The notes under the pieces are model-generated. The model did no database searches. It saw nothing but the letters and a program-made list of their open reading frames with translations, and had not been told where the DNA came from. Shown one piece after another: positions 31,753 through 32,000 of a DNA stretch of 32,000 bases. Position 1 is the stretch's first letter. The number at the start of each line of letters is the position of its first letter. Origin of the DNA: Nostoc sp. DedSLP01. GTDB lineage: Bacteria > Cyanobacteriota > Cyanobacteriia > Cyanobacteriales > Nostocaceae. Where the stretch lies: assembly GCA_034530875.2 (NCBI GenBank), contig JAVRCJ020000003.1:72246-104245 (forward strand), given 5' to 3'. A program made the translations under genes and the position numbers.

Positions 31753-32000
31753 GTGATTGTTAATGCTACTCCAAATGGTTGGGAAGTTATTTATCATCGC
31801 GCCCATGCTTTGTTAGCAGCTCAACTAGCAGGACAATGGCGGCGTAAGGATGCTCCAGCCCGATTATATGAAACATTAGCTGCAATTTCCCATCACGATG
31901 ATTTAGAAAAAGAATGGGAAGAAGATAATCTAACTGAAGCTGGTGCGCCAAGAGACTTTACTTTGATGACGACAGATGAGCAGCTACAAGAGGGCGTTCA
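31753..32000 (+). CDS. Conserved hypothetical protein, N-terminal 82 codons (possibly DUF3891-like); continues beyond the window
   Basis: The GTG at 31753 lies 7 nt after GGAGA. My translation is VIVNATPNGWEVIYHRAHALLAAQLAGQWRRKD..AAISHHDD.., and the frame is open to the window end. The family assignment is from memory only. Confidence 0.5.
   Translation, partial: MIVNATPNGWEVIYHRAHALLAAQLAGQWRRKDAPARLYETLAAISHHDDLEKEWEEDNLTEAGAPRDFTLMTTDEQLQEGV

Noticed and set aside
1-32000. tRNA, rRNA or tmRNA genes.
   Set aside because: Scanning both strands, I found no T-loop-like GGTTCGAATCC/GTTCGA motifs in a cloverleaf context and no rRNA-like conserved blocks.

Overview
This window looks like a chromosomal segment from a filamentous, Nostocales-type cyanobacterium. 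The evidence is many HIP1 octamers (GCGATCGC, e.g. 1473-1480, 4773-4780, 9320-9327), heptamer STRR-like arrays, many small palindromic dispersed repeats, a long cyanobacterial-type aspartokinase, and an acsF/heme-oxygenase/hemN cluster. About 30 genes are supported. Housekeeping or ordinary genes are yjcH-actP, an M50 protease, an RNase D-like exonuclease, lysC, the tetrapyrrole genes, a GlsB-family protein and a Mn-catalase. Accessory content is a 921-bp IS with a programmed frameshift, a truncated patatin-like phospholipase, a DUF5615 PIN-like gene, a PIN toxin pair and a Uma2 nuclease. Five regions deserve a second look. (1) At 16308-20341 there is an NB-ARC/TPR STAND (NLR-like) NTPase. Its 125-aa effector-like N-terminal module is cut off by a single in-frame UGA in a UGA-C context. 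The gene has near-identical 126-bp TPR repeats and is followed by an unexplained 21-nt periodic array and a repeat-bracketed PIN cassette. (2) At 10769-15559 MprF is split exactly at its flippase/synthase boundary into two divergent genes that enclose two tandem exported esterase paralogues. (3) At 23626-25692 a Ser/Thr-kinase-fold/TPR membrane protein has lost its catalytic residues. (4) A G-rich/C-rich palindromic element family lies between two convergent gene pairs, and a related palindrome is inserted in frame in the lysC interdomain linker. (5) At 9040-10428 an AT-rich orphan gene lies downstream of a perfect 20-bp palindrome. No tRNA, rRNA or CRISPR array was recognised. All domain calls come from reading the translations by eye, with no database search.
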